DNA of 64,000 bases, taken from contig JARDVH010000059.1 in assembly GCA_030324005.1 (NCBI GenBank), forward strand, positions 68,379,957-68,443,956, written 5' to 3'. Below, one piece after another: positions 12,380-24,099 of this stretch; the first letter of the stretch is position 1; each line of letters starts with the position of its first letter. Under the pieces are notes generated by a model. The model worked only from the letters and a program-made list of their open reading frames with translations. It was not told the DNA's origin and ran no database searches. The DNA is from Negaprion brevirostris (Eukaryota). Both the position numbers and the translations under genes were made by a program.

Positions 12380-14940
12380 ACCCTCCACTGCAAATATATC
12401 ATTTCTTAAACATGAAGACCAAAATTGTACACAGTATTCCAGGTGTGCTCTCAACAAAGCCTGGTATAACTTTAGCAAGACTTATTTAATCTCCTACTCC
12501 AACCCTGGCAATAAAGCCAACATGCCATTTGCTTTCCCAATTGCTTAATGTGTACCTGCAAGCTAACTCTGTGTGTTCCTCAGTTTATTATACCCAAGTC
12601 TCTCTGAACATCAACATTTACAAGTTTCATGCCTTTAAAAATGTTCTGCTTTTCTATTCTCATGAGCAAAGTCAATACTCTCACATTTTCCCCATAATAT
12701 TTCATTGTTGTTCCCTGATTGAACCTATCCATTTCTCTTTATAGCCTCTGTGTCCTCCTTATAGCTTACATACCCTTTGTATCTTTAGCAAGCTTAAATA
12801 CATTTATCTTCCATCTCTTTGTCTGAGTCATTAATATAGATTGTAAATAACTGAGGCCTAACACAGATCACTGCAGCACTCCCTTAGTCACATCCTACCA
12901 ACTTGAAAATACCCAAATAAGCCCTAATCTCTGCTCCTTGTCCATTAACCAATCCTCTATCCTTGCTAATACATCATCCCCATCTCCTTGAGCTCTTATC
13001 TCATATATTAATCTCATTTGTGGTATCTTTGCAAAATGTCTTTTGGAAATCTAAGTTTTTAGCAACTGGTTCCCTTTTATTTACTCTATTAGTTAGATCC
13101 TCAAATTTGTCAAATGGTAATTATTTTCAGTAAAGCAAATTAACTTGTTCCAATNNNNNNNNNNCAGCACTTTCCTAATGACTGAAGCAGGCTAATTGGC
13201 AAGTGGTTCCTATTTTCTCTCTCCCTCCTTTCTTGAATAGCAGTGTTACGTTTGCTAACTTCCAGCCTGCTGGTAATTCTCCAAAATTTATGCAATCTGG
13301 GAAAATCATAGCCAGCACGCTTACAATCTTGACAGCATTCTCTCTCAGAATGCTGGAATGTAGGCCATCAGGTCCTGGGGATATGTCAGGTTTGTTTCCC
13401 TCAAATTTCTCCAGCATTTTTCTTTGCTAATATTAATTACTTTAATTTGCTCACTCTCATTAGCCTTTGGATTACCCTCTGCTTCTGTTATGTAAATTAT
13501 ATTTTTAACTGTGAAGACAGACACAAAGGGCTCGGCTCTCCAAACACGATGCACTAGTTCGTTGGCATATCGGGTTGGGAGATGCGCATGTTGACCATTT
13601 TGCAGGATTCATGCATGCATTCCTGATACCTACCCATCTCCCACCACCAAAGAGCAGGCACTGTCGAGACCACACTGGAATCTCGTGGGAAGATCAGGTA
13701 AGTGATTGTAATCTATTTTTTATGTCATTTAAATGTTATTATCAGGCCCAGGACTGAATTCTCCAGGCCCGCAGGCATCTCCCAACCAGCCAGGAGTAGT
13801 TCACTCCGGTGAGGTTTAAAGTAGCTCCCCCCACATTCAGAGAACTAGCAGGAGACCCAGCTGGAGCAAAGCGGGGCAATCAAGGTCTCCCCAAAGATCT
13901 ACGGTGGGGGTGTGCCCCTTTGGCATAGGCAGTGCCAGTCTGTGCTGAAGGGGCATTGCCCAAGAGGCAAAGTTCCTATGCCCAGGAGGCATCGGGCAGT
14001 GCCAAGGTGGTAGGACAGTGCCTAGGGCAATCAGCAGGGGTGGGAGGTCCCACTGCCACTCTGCATTGGGATTTGGTCGTGGCTGGAGTCGGCCAGCGAT
14101 CAGGGTGGGGGAGTGGGGGATCTGCCAGGGTGGGAGCAGAAGCGATCGAGCTGGCCAGCAAACAGAAGGGTGTCAAATCAAGGCCATGCATGTGCAGAGN
14201 NNNNNNNNNAAGATATTCTCGATTGTGACCTTTGCATTGCACAGAGTGTGGGAGATTCGAGTTTGAACTCCCACTGAAAAAAAACATCGTGAATTACACC
14301 ATTTTTCCTGCCAATTCAGCATTTAGAATTTTTTAGGAGAATCGGACACAAGATATTTGTTCAATGCTTCTGCCATTTCCTCATTCCCCATGATAATTTT
14401 TCTGCCTTCTTCTACAGGATGAATGTTTACTTCAGTTGCTCTGACGTGTACCTGTAAAAGCTGTTGCGATCTGTTTTTATATTCCTGGCTAGTTTGCTCT
14501 AATTTTCTACTTTTTTCCCTTTTAATCAACATTTTGATGGCCTTTATTGGTTTCTAAAACAGTCCCAATCCTCAGACTTGCAACACTATAAATCTCTTCT
14601 TTTAACTGAATACTATTCTTAATCTCTTTATTAAGCCATGGATGGGTCTTCCTCGCTGAGTTTTCATTTTTCAATGGAACATAATTTTCCTGAACATTTT
14701 GAATTGTTTCATTAAATGTTTCCCACTGCATATTTACCTTTTACCTAAACAACCTTAGCCAGCTCTCGACTCGTACCTATGCAATTGGCTTAAATAAACT
14801 TTTAAAGTTTGTGATTGGAATGTGTTGTTTTTCATTTTTAAGTGGAATTCAATTGTATTATGATCACTATATCCTAGTGGATCTTTTAGTATGGCATTAT
14901 TAGTTAACTTTGCCTCATTGAATAATACAAGATCTAAAAA
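12380..14940 (-). mobile_element. CR1 LINE (ORF2) split by an inserted element
   Basis: SPGPDGLHSSILRE, WKLANVTLLFKKGGRE, GNEEMAEALNKYLVS and WETFNETIQNVQENYVPLK motifs, colinear across the 13528-14349 insertion. Confidence 0.85.
13528..14349. mobile_element. GC-rich non-autonomous DNA transposon (PIF/Harbinger-like MITE) inserted into CR1
   Basis: CR1 sequence GTGAAGACAGACACAAA resumes as AAGATATTTGTTCAATG after the insert; degenerate inverted termini GGGCTCGGCTCTCC / GGAGAATCGGACAC. Superfamily assignment is inference. Confidence 0.55.
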
Positions 14941-15318
14941 CCATCACAGAAGCATTCTGACAACTCATCTTGCCGATGATATTCACACATCAGCAGATTT
15001 ATTTTTGATTTATTAACATTACTACATTTGCCCAAATTTATAAAACTGCAAAAATCAGGTTGAACTGGCCCCTTGTACAGATGCACCCTGTGCCAACAGC
15101 TTAAAAGCTAGCTGTGCCCAGCTGTGTATCAGAAATCCTGCTTACTAGATTAAATAGACTACTGGTACACAGGAAGTTTGCAGTCTACGTTGACCTAGGG
15201 AGTATGACACAATAGTTATAAAAGGACCACAGCTTGCCATTAAAACATGACAGAAAAGTAGAATAATTCGTATCACTCTCTTCTGAGACAGGAAGCCTTC
15301 AAACAGTTATACAGCTCC

Positions 15319-16075
15319 CTGGTGGCTTAACTCATTAAAGCATTGAGTAGCTGAATCACAGAGAACAGGAAAGTCCCAGATGCAATCCTCAATCTGTGAT
15401 GTCTTAGTTGATCTCAAATGAGATGGCAATAGTAATGCTTCCCATTTGGCCACAAGGCCCTTCAGTGAGGGAGGAGGAAATCATCCAGAGGGAGCTCACT
15501 CCCCGTCACTAACCAAAGACAAGAGCACTTTTGAAGACATGAGCAGTGGACAGGATTCGTTTCGAACATAATAATCCATCCCTGTTCAAATAGGCAATTG
15601 AAACTCATCAAGTAATAAAAACTGAAAGAGATTTTCAATTGTTAAAAATCAGGTGGGCTTCAAACAGAAAGCAGAAGGAAAGAGAATAAAACCAACATCT
15701 TTTAAAAAACACATCTAGTTTTCTCCAGTCAATTGTGAAGGCATTGATTCCGGCTGGGCTTCGATTTCAGGAATATCAGCAGCGCCTTGAGTGCCCACAG
15801 CAGCAAAGGATATGCAACCTAGACTGCTGAGTGTTGGTGGCTAATCCATCACGAAGGATATCACAACCAAACATAATCTTGTGCTCATCCAATCTTGTCC
15901 TCCTTCAAAATCCACACAAACATCAGAACCACTGGGATAGCAACCAAGGGAATAAACTAAGTCTGATTTTCTCCATCCAAGCACAGGTCCTCCTGTTGCT
16001 CCCTAGATGAGACTAATTAATTTAGAATAAATCAAGAATTGAAACCGTGGGCTTACTGGCCTGAATGACTCAGTG
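15319..16075. mobile_element. Two old SINE-like repeat copies in opposite orientation
   Basis: Plus copy ~15319-15600 (GAACAGGAAAGTCCCAGATGCAATCC...) and minus copy ~15850-16075; a related piece lies at ~30790-30885. Highly diverged. Confidence 0.35.
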
Positions 16076-17494
16076 TCTTTACCTGGTATTCAGGGAAGCA
16101 ACATTTAATATTTTTAATAAAGGCTAGGATTAGTTACTATTCCTCACATGTATAAACTTTTCTTGTTTACTGAGCAGGGTCAAAAATTCATAATCCCCTC
16201 CGTTATCAACATTTATTGAAGGGTGCAGATACCCCCAGGTTAATAGAGTAGTTGCATTGCAAAAGGTTTGTGTCAATATTAGTGGTTTTGGCTTCATAGA
16301 CACAAATTGATTGGGTTACTTCAGCCTTGAAGTCATATGAAGAGTACTTAGCCAAGGGCGTGGCATGAGTTCTGAAGCATAGTCCAAAGCCACTCAGGTT
16401 TAGCATGTTTGGCAAGTTGTAGGATGTTTCCTAACAATCAATTGGACCAATTGATAACTTTCAACATTAGATTTTTTTGTTTTTAATACCAGTAGGGAGC
16501 CAATGGGCACATCAACTCTTCTAATATTAAAATTGAACTAGCATTCTGAAACCAGGAAGTGAAGTTCTGCATTTGTGAGAATATAAGCATTAACCTCCAG
16601 TCTCACTGTAACTAACTCAGTCTGCTGATTTTGCAATTTATTCAGTGAAAGTAACACTTGTACCCGTAGGATTTTGTTTGAGAATGTGTTGTTACTGCAA
16701 AATAAATACAGGTCACTATTTACTTTGGGTTTAAACAAGGGTAAGGGTAAGGAAGATTACACAGACATTGATCTTCTGCCTGCGTACAATAAAAGAATTA
16801 AATGACTTTCACAAGTTGCAAAGCATGGCTTTCACAAGGTGTAATGCATGAGGGATTAATCAGGCCACACTTGGGAAGAGGCAACAATTGTAGAAGTGAA
16901 AAGTATTTGCATAGAGCATTTTGTTCACTACTATTGTACAATTATTTGTTTCTAAACCTGTAAGTAGCTTCAGTTAATTACTCTGCAGAGTTCTCACAAA
17001 TCTATATATACTTCATCAAAAAATAGCCGCTGCAGTTTCACTGAGTTTTGTTGAAGCAAACATATTTGACATTTTTCCAGCTGATCTCTACAAGGGTGGC
17101 AGTGGGGACTTAACAATTGATCTAGATTAGAGACAGGGAAAAATTTCAACCAAGGTACCTCTGTATCCAATTGTTATCCATTAACACCACAAAAGAGGAT
17201 GGATATCCATTGATGAGCGGATAGGAATCATGCCTGTGATATTCCTTTTGTCAAACAGTTGCCAATAATACCATATTTAATTCTTGGTCTTCACCAGGTA
17301 GCATCCTTGATTATTTGAGGGTTGACAAACCATTGCTTATGCCCTGTTTTACTACAGGGCAGGGCAAGAGGTGGGGCCCAAGGCCCCCTCAGACAGAATG
17401 TGAATCAAACAAAATACTTGGCATTATTCAGAACCACACAACAGTCATCTAGGCAACTGACCTAACTGTGCAGGATGTTGAAAAAGCAACCTAT

Positions 17495-18086
17495 TCCAAT
17501 ACTGACATACTTTTTATTCAAAAGAAAGTCAAAAATTTAATTATCATTGTCCATTTATCACTCATCAGTTACTGGGTTGTCATTTCCTGAACCCACTATC
17601 CAGTTCAAAACTAGATGGTTAATCACTCCAGTGGATTCATTCTGCAGCACAGCCATCACTTTCAGGAAAGAGGAGACACAACAGACGGAAAAATGGTTTG
17701 ACAGGACTGGGAGCAGTGGAGTAAATGATAACTGACAGGTTTCTGACAGCCATATGCATATACATGTAGAGTTAAGTAGTTCAAAAGATACAAACACAAG
17801 CGAATAGTATTGGCCATGCACTTTCAAACTGAATTAGTATTTTCCATGCAGAGCAAAGAATAGCAGTGTTATCTTTGTTAAGATATTTGTTTGATTGACA
17901 AAGCAAATGCAGTGAAGCTGGAAAATAAGTACTTAAGAATGGGTGAAGCAATCCCTCCACTCCCAGACAGAAAATTGATGATAACCTTCAATCATAAGTG
18001 CCAATAGTTGGTCACTTGTTAGTTCTCATTTGGTGAGCTCAAAGGTGAGTGCATCCAGCTCCCCCACCACCATCTCCCTCTGCTCA
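17495..18086 (-). other. PRDM14: PRDM14 3' UTR with candidate polyadenylation signal
   Basis: Follows the TAG at 18087; first minus-strand AATAAA seen at 17513-17518; cleavage site estimated. Confidence 0.6.
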
Positions 18087-18308
18087 CTAACCTGTGTGGA
18101 GTTGCATCTGATGATACTTGAGTTCGTGTGCTTCCATAAAGCTCCTGTCACAGATTGTACAAACAAAACCTTTGTCTTTGGAGTGTGTGCGCCTCACGTG
18201 GCTGTCGTGGGCTGCGTGTGAGGCAAAGGCTTTGCCACAATGTCGGCATTTGAAGGGTTTCTCTCCAGAATGCTGGCGAATATGGGTCCGCAAGATGCTT
18301 GAGGCAGT
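18087..18308 (-). CDS. PRDM14: PRDM14 last coding exon (zinc fingers 4-6); 5' end hidden in N gap
   Basis: TASSILRTHIRQHSGEKPFKCRHCGKAFASHAAHDSHVRRTHSKDKGFVCTICDRSFMEAHELKYHQMQLHTG* matches the PRDM14 C-terminal fingers; about two codons and the acceptor are in the gap. Confidence 0.95.
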   Translation of the reverse strand, partial: TASSILRTHIRQHSGEKPFKCRHCGKAFASHAAHDSHVRRTHSKDKGFVCTICDRSFMEAHELKYHQMQLHTG

Positions 18309-18720
18309 NNNNNNNNNNNNNNNNNNNNNNNNNNNNNNNNNNNNNNNNNNNNNNNNNNNNNNNNNNNNNNNNNNNNNNNNNNNNNNNNNNNNNNNNNNNN
18401 NNNNNNNNNNNNNNNNNNNNNNNNNNNNNNNNNNNNNNNNNNNNNNNNNNNNNNNNNNNNNNNNNNNNNNNNNNNNNNNNNNNNNNNNNNNNNNNNNNNN
18501 NNNNNNNNNNNNNNNNNNNNNNNNNNNNNNNNNNNNNNNNNNNNNNNNNNNNNNNNNNNNNNNNNNNNNNNNNNNNNNNNNNNNNNNNNNNNNNNNNNNN
18601 NNNNNNNNNNNNNNNNNNNNNNNNNNNNNNNNNNNNNNNNNNNNNNNNNNNNNNNNNNNNNNNNNNNNNNNNNNNNNNNNNNNNNNNNNNNNNNNNNNNN
18701 NNNNNNNNNNNNNNNNNNNN

Positions 18721-19027
18721 CCCCAGAGTGCAGGAGGCATTTGGCCCATCAAGTCTGCACTGACCACAATCCCACCCGGGCCCTATCTCCATAACCCCAT
18801 GCATTTACCCTAGCTAGTCCCCCTGACACTCAGGGGTGTTTAGCATGGCTAATCCACTTAACCACACATCTTTGGACTGTGAGAGGAAACCAGAGCACCT
18901 GGACAAAACTCACGCAGACACAGGGAGAATGTGAAAATTCCACACAGACAGTGACCCAAGATGGGAATTGATTCTGGGTCCCTGGTGCTGTGAGGCAGCA
19001 GCGCTAACCATTGTGCAACCGTGCCGT
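18721..19027 (-). mobile_element. HE1-like V-SINE in the last PRDM14 intron
   Basis: Head ACGGCACGGTTGCACAATGGTTAGCGCTGCTGCCTCACAGC, V-domain TTCTCCCTGTGTCTGCGTGAGTTTTG..., CR1/HER1-like tail GGGCCAAATGCCTCCTGCACTCTG. Confidence 0.85.
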
Positions 19028-19199
19028 CACAAGTTGGCAAAACCCGCGCAGCCCTTAACTCAATATAAATGCAGATTTTAAGTAAAGCACTTATTCTTAT
19101 ATTAGTTTTAAATTTGAAGTTAATTGATATAATGTTTATTTGTTCTGATTTTCCATGTGTTGCCCAATGACAATTGTACAAATGGTCATTTGAACCTAC

Positions 19200-19301
19200 C
19201 TTGTTGCAGTAAACACATTTGTACGGCCGCTCTCCTGAGTGAACCCTCATATGTTTATTAAGACTGGAGGACTGTGAGAAGCTCTTCCCACATACGGAGC
19301 A
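19200..19301 (-). CDS. PRDM14: PRDM14 coding exon 6 (zinc finger 3 and start of 4)
   Basis: 102 nt, cag acceptor, gtaggt donor; [34 protein letters not shown]. Confidence 0.97.
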
Positions 19302-19940
19302 CTGTTCAACAGAGAGAGTCACATATTGGAGAAAACACTGTAAAACTAACTATCCCACAACTAACTGTACAATGATAATAGCATGTTCACTGTTATGCTT
19401 CACGCATATCTACATTGATTACTCATGTCATTTTGAATTGTGTGGAGTGAAGAGCTGGCTATGGGAATGCAGGATAAGTATATGTCATGGAAATGTTGCA
19501 GCTACACTGGAAGTTATTTTGACAGGAGTAGTAGTGCAAATTGGTGCACCAATGCATCCTGGCATTATTTTGCCCCCAGCAATTTTCACATCCTCAGCTG
19601 TGTCATCATAGTAAGCTACAAACAAAGGTTTGGTGTCTCTCAAAACAAGAGGTAGTGGTGTTGTGGTATTGTCATTGAATTGGTATTCCAAGGACCCAGG
19701 GTACTGCTCTGGGTTCAAGTTGTTATGGTTGATTCTTGAAGTGGCCGAGCAAGCCATTCAGCTCTAGAGCAATTAGGATTTGACAATCCCATGAATTAAT
19801 TAAAAAATGAGGGGACACTGAGAATTGAAGAGTGTTTTCAAGTAAAAGATATCAAACGCAAAAGTTCTCCTGATAAAAAAGGAAACAGATGAAAAAAGTA
19901 GAAAATGATGTCAGTCCTGAGAGAAAAGGGATCATATTGA

Positions 19941-20264
19941 GGGTGGTGCCATGGCTAGCACAGCTGCTTCACAGGGACCCAGTTTTGGGTCTCTGTCTAT
20001 GTGGAGTTTCATATTCACCCTGTGTCTGTCTGGGTTTCCTCTGGTTTCTCCCCACTGTCCAAAGATGTGCAGGTTAGGTGGATTGGTCATGCTAAATTAT
20101 CCCTTAGTGTCTTAAGATGCCTAGGTTAGATGGATTAATCATGGTAAATGTGTTGGGTTACAGGGATAGGGTGGGATAGTGGATGTAAGCAGAGAGATCT
20201 TTAGGAGGGACGTGCAGACTCAATGGGCTAAATGGCCTCCTTCTGCACAGTAGGAATTTTATGG
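19941..20264 (+). mobile_element. Diverged HE1-like V-SINE
   Basis: V-domain GGGTTTCCTCTGGTTTCTCCCCACTGTCCAAAGATGTGCAGGTTAGG and tail AATGGCCTCCTTCTGCAC. Confidence 0.8.
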
Positions 20265-21267
20265 TTTAGTATTATCCACTGGATATACAGACAAAACTTT
20301 TTCTGATTTTCCAAATCTGATGGTCATGGTACATGAGGATGTGTGGATGTTAGTGGCTGCTCCAGATGTTTTGGGATGTGGCCCACATCTGTCTTGCATA
20401 TCAGGTGCAGAATGATGGAACTGGTGATTTTTTCAGGATTGCATCTCCAATTCATTCATATGAATAAAATCAAATCGATACAAAATCAAAGTACTGTCGG
20501 CTGGAAATCCGAAACAAATCTCATCGATATAATAGTATCATTTCACAATCTGTATTGTTACTAGAAGGTATAAAAAGTACATACACAAATATCTATTCAT
20601 TTATATGTTTAAACCAGATATGATAACTCCGAAGGGGCAGTTATCTAACATTCTTCGTTGCACCATTTTTGGGAAAAGTTTAATTAGAAGAGATCACTAT
20701 AAACAACACCAACCGGGTTATTCGACCTTAACCGAGTGGACAAGAGGAGCTAAATCAAATGTTCTTTGCAGAAAGAATGTCGGGATTTAATGTCAAACCC
20801 ACAGGTATCGGATCAGGATAGAAAGGATTCATTCCATAGCTCACTTCCAAACAAGAAAATTATCTTTCTTTGGGGCAGACCACCGAATCTTCAAAAGCAC
20901 TTCACGTCACATGAATACTTATTCTTTGGGCAAACAGGGGTCAGAAAGTAAGAGCAGTTTCCATGTTTGTTATTATTTAGCAGAAATTATCCCCGGAGTA
21001 AATGGTTTGAAATATTTCTATTCAATGCTATTAGATTGTGTTACTGGGGCACTGGTGATGACTGGGCAGCAGGGAATGGACAGAGATGTACAGTACAGTA
21101 TGGATGACTGGCAGCAGATTGTGGGCAAATTCATTCATTCAAGGTCAGACTGAATAAAAGCAGGGAGTAAATCTGACTGCGAGCTGGGCAGGGAGCGGGC
21201 TATATCTGGGTGTACCGTTCCCGTGTACATGCAGGAGGATGTGTGTAGACGGTGTATTTGTGCTCAC

Positions 21268-21470
21268 TTTGTGAGGTCGGTGTTTCTCGTGTACATGCAG
21301 GATATGAATCCTCAGCCTGTCTCTCTTCTCAAACGATCTGCTACACAGGTGACAGGGGAACTTGCGATCGCCTTGGTCCACACAGCGAGTGTACTTCAGA
21401 TGTTTGTCCCTGTAGTACTTGTAGGCGAATACCTTTCCACACCTCTCACATTTAAACCCCTCTCCGGACT
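21268..21470 (-). CDS. PRDM14: PRDM14 coding exon 5 (zinc fingers 1-2)
   Basis: 203 nt, phase 1 to 0, ttggcag acceptor and gtgagc donor; ESGEGFKCERCGKVFAYKYYRDKHLKYTRCVDQGDRKFPCHLCSRSFEKRDRLRIHILHVHEKHRPHK. Confidence 0.97.
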
Positions 21471-21563
21471 CTGCCAAAGGGAGAAAAGTGGCATTTCAGT
21501 CAAGTGATCGCAGCTAATGACAGTAAACCGCAAAAGGGCAGAAAATCGTTTAAGTGTTTTAAC

Positions 21564-21831
21564 CTTCAGGCTGCTCAGTGAATGGGCTTTCAGGCATTTC
21601 CTTCAAAGTGACCGGGATTCCCATAAACTGGAGATAGCAGTCTCCATACCACACCAGCAGCTCCTGCCTCTCCGCCACATCCTTACACGTCTCATAAAAG
21701 ATCTTCCCTTCGCTCTGGACAGCTGTCAAGTTCTGTTCTTGGGGCGACCTGGCACAGTTAACCAAGGCCATCCAGTTACTAGCCGCCCCTTTCCCGTCTA
21801 TGAAGTGACTCAGTCTGCCGTCTTCAAAAAT
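21564..21831 (-). CDS. PRDM14: PRDM14 coding exon 4 (PR/SET domain C-terminal half)
   Basis: 268 nt, phase 0 to 1; IFEDGRLSHFIDGKGAASNWMALVNCARSPQEQNLTAVQ...ELLVWYGDCYLQFMGIP. Confidence 0.97.
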
Positions 21832-22061
21832 CTGCAATAGAAATTCCGTGTGTGTGTGAGCAGCCCTGGCAGAGAGAGATCAGTACAGAGCCCTACCTCT
21901 TCGGTTAGCTGAAATAGTAACATTGCCCCCGACAAAAACTAATATTAATATTGCAGCAAACTGTGTTATCGTTTACACTTCCGCGTCTGCAACTAAACGC
22001 AGAGAAAGTATTCGGATCTCCTGCCACTGTTTACTGTGAGAAGTACCAGAATTATCCTCAC

Positions 22062-22222
22062 CTCCCACATGAAGGAATTGTCGTCGTAGGTTTTAATTTC
22101 ACTCATATTCACCACTTTTCCTGTAAAGGGTCCAAATCGGACCCCCTTGGGGATGAGGTTTTGGGAACAGAAGACGCCGAGGTGAGGAACTCCCCCGTAG
22201 AAGGTATGGGAGACAGCGAGCC
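22062..22222 (-). CDS. PRDM14: PRDM14 coding exon 3 (PR/SET domain N-terminal half)
   Basis: 161 nt, (ct)n-cccag acceptor, gtgagg donor; GLAVSHTFYGGVPHLGVFCSQNLIPKGVRFGPFTGKVVNMSEIKTYDDNSFMWE. Confidence 0.96.
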
Positions 22223-22339
22223 CTGGGAGAGAGAGAGAGTCACCCACACAGAATTTAACCAAATCAGACACAGCAACCAGCTCCCTTCAGCCTCCCTCTC
22301 TGACCCACTCTGTTATCAGTGCTCTCCACTCCCAGTGAA

Positions 22340-22715
22340 AAGGTGGTGGCTCCGATCCTCCAGTCCCCAGAGTTATGCACTCAGATTTGGGCTGCCACTC
22401 CAATGCAGGGCTGAGGGGGTGCCACACTGTCAGAGGAATGGGGGCTCAGCTCTCAGTTAGCTGTGCAAAGTCTCATCAGCATACTGGATTTGGCAGAAGG
22501 GAGAGGCGAATCCCTTGACCACCCTCCCCCCCCCCCAATCAACATTGCAAAAACAGATTATTTTGACATTATCACATGTTTCTTTGTGGTATCTTGCTGT
22601 GCACAAATTGGTTACTCTGTGTCCTACACTTCTGAAATATTTCATTGGCCAGAAAGTGTTTCAGAGCCCCATGAGTTTGTGAAAACTCTATATAAATATA
22701 CATCTTACTTTTTTA
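22340..22715 (+). mobile_element. Deu-domain SINE (SacSINE1/AmnSINE1-like) in a PRDM14 intron
   Basis: Shares AAAAACAGAT...CTTGCTGTGYACAAATTGG...ATTTCATTGGC blocks with the copy at 32050-32485. Confidence 0.65.
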
Positions 22716-22805
22716 TTTTCCATCCCCCTTCCCTCACCTATCCCTCNNNNNNNNNNNNNNNNNNNNNNNNNNNNNNNNNNNNNNNNNNNNNNNNNNNNNN
22801 NNNNN

Positions 22806-22838
22806 TGTCTCTGTCCAGTAGCTGAACCTCGGGTCCAC
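22806..22838 (-). CDS. PRDM14: PRDM14 small coding exon 2; 3' end hidden in N gap
   Basis: Strong acceptor ttcctgcttctttactctgcag; phase-1 frame GGPEVQLLDRD resembles the short pre-SET exon of human PRDM14 (LDKDSLQLPEG, from memory). Confidence 0.8.
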
Positions 22839-22958
22839 CTGCAGAGTAAAGAAGCAGGAATATGGTCACTGTCTTGTTTTACAATGAGAAATTATTCTGG
22901 TTAGCCGAGTTATTATTGACACAAGTGGAAAGTGTGCTAGGCTGGCTGGAGTCTGTAC

Positions 22959-23547
22959 CTGTGTTTCCCGATATTCGCAGTCCTGAGATAGCGTGAGCGG
23001 CGAGTTGACCGGGACTGCCCACGTTCATGTGGCCATACAGAACCGTGTTGAGGTCCTCCTCGGTGAAGTGGCATGTGGGAGCTGGCTGAGTGCCCTGCAC
23101 TGGGTAGAGCTGGTGACACAGAGCCTCCTGGTTGGCGTTAGGCTGGCTGCGGGGCCCCCTGCTCTCCTGCTCCCCGCGCTTGGCCAGGGCACAGGAGGGG
23201 AGAGGGGGCTTGCTGCGGTTCCGGGGATAGACCGGGTGCACACTACCCGGCATTTTACTGAAGACAGGCAGGGAAGCCGCCGGCAAGATGCTGCAGATCC
23301 GCTCGGTTATGCACGGAGACTCGCTGAGAAATGAAAAGTTGCTGAAACTGAAGGGCATGAGTGAGCTGGAGTCGGTGACCAGCCTGCCCAGGGACTTGAG
23401 AGGCTGCAGGACTTCCTCGGAGGTGCGGAGCACATCAAGGTAGTGGGCATGGGGCAGGAGGGAGGCGGGATAGCCCGGGATCTTGGCTGGAGTCGCCGTC
23501 TTTAAGGTTTCAATCGGATATAGTTGATTTTTTTCCGACAAGGACAT
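22959..23547 (-). CDS. PRDM14: PRDM14 first coding exon (N-terminus and pre-SET segment)
   Basis: ATG at 23547 just inside an acceptor (exon starts at 23567); 589 nt to a G|gtacag donor; contains HFTEEDLNTVLYG and HAISGL, characteristic PRDM14 motifs. Confidence 0.93.
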
Positions 23548-24099
23548 CTCAATTGGAAATGTGCAGCCTGTGAATGAACAGGGACAACTGCAATGAGTGT
23601 GAGTCCATGTTTACATTAACATCAATAAAGAGCATTTTCTTCACACACATCCCTGCAATCCTGGAGCAATATCACCAAGATAACGCGCTCTGACTGCCCC
23701 TTCATTGTCCTCAGCTTTCTGTAACCTCCTCATCGGAGGATGGCTTTTGACAAAGCGGGATTCCTTACAAAATGGGAATTTTAATCAGAAGTGTCCCAAT
23801 AGTTTACAGTTTTCGCTGACTCTTCCCGGAATGTTGGCTGTGATAACATTTTGGCCTCGACATTAACCTCATCAAACCCTATCGCCTTGTGACTGGGGCT
23901 ATCTTCCTATTTCTCACCTGACGGGGAAACCTGGATCAAAGTTTGAAAGATTCACAGTCACTGGACACTGAGATGTGGGCTGTGTCCACTTTAACGAGTC
24001 AACATCACCGATCTAGTTTCCTTTCCAAAGCTAGAAGCAATTACAAACCAGAAATTAGTACATTCAACAAATGCTCAAATAAAACTATATATCTAGATA

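Noticed and set aside
16206-16738. Two minus-strand ORFs downstream of PRDM14
   Set aside because: No motifs and no compatible splice structure.
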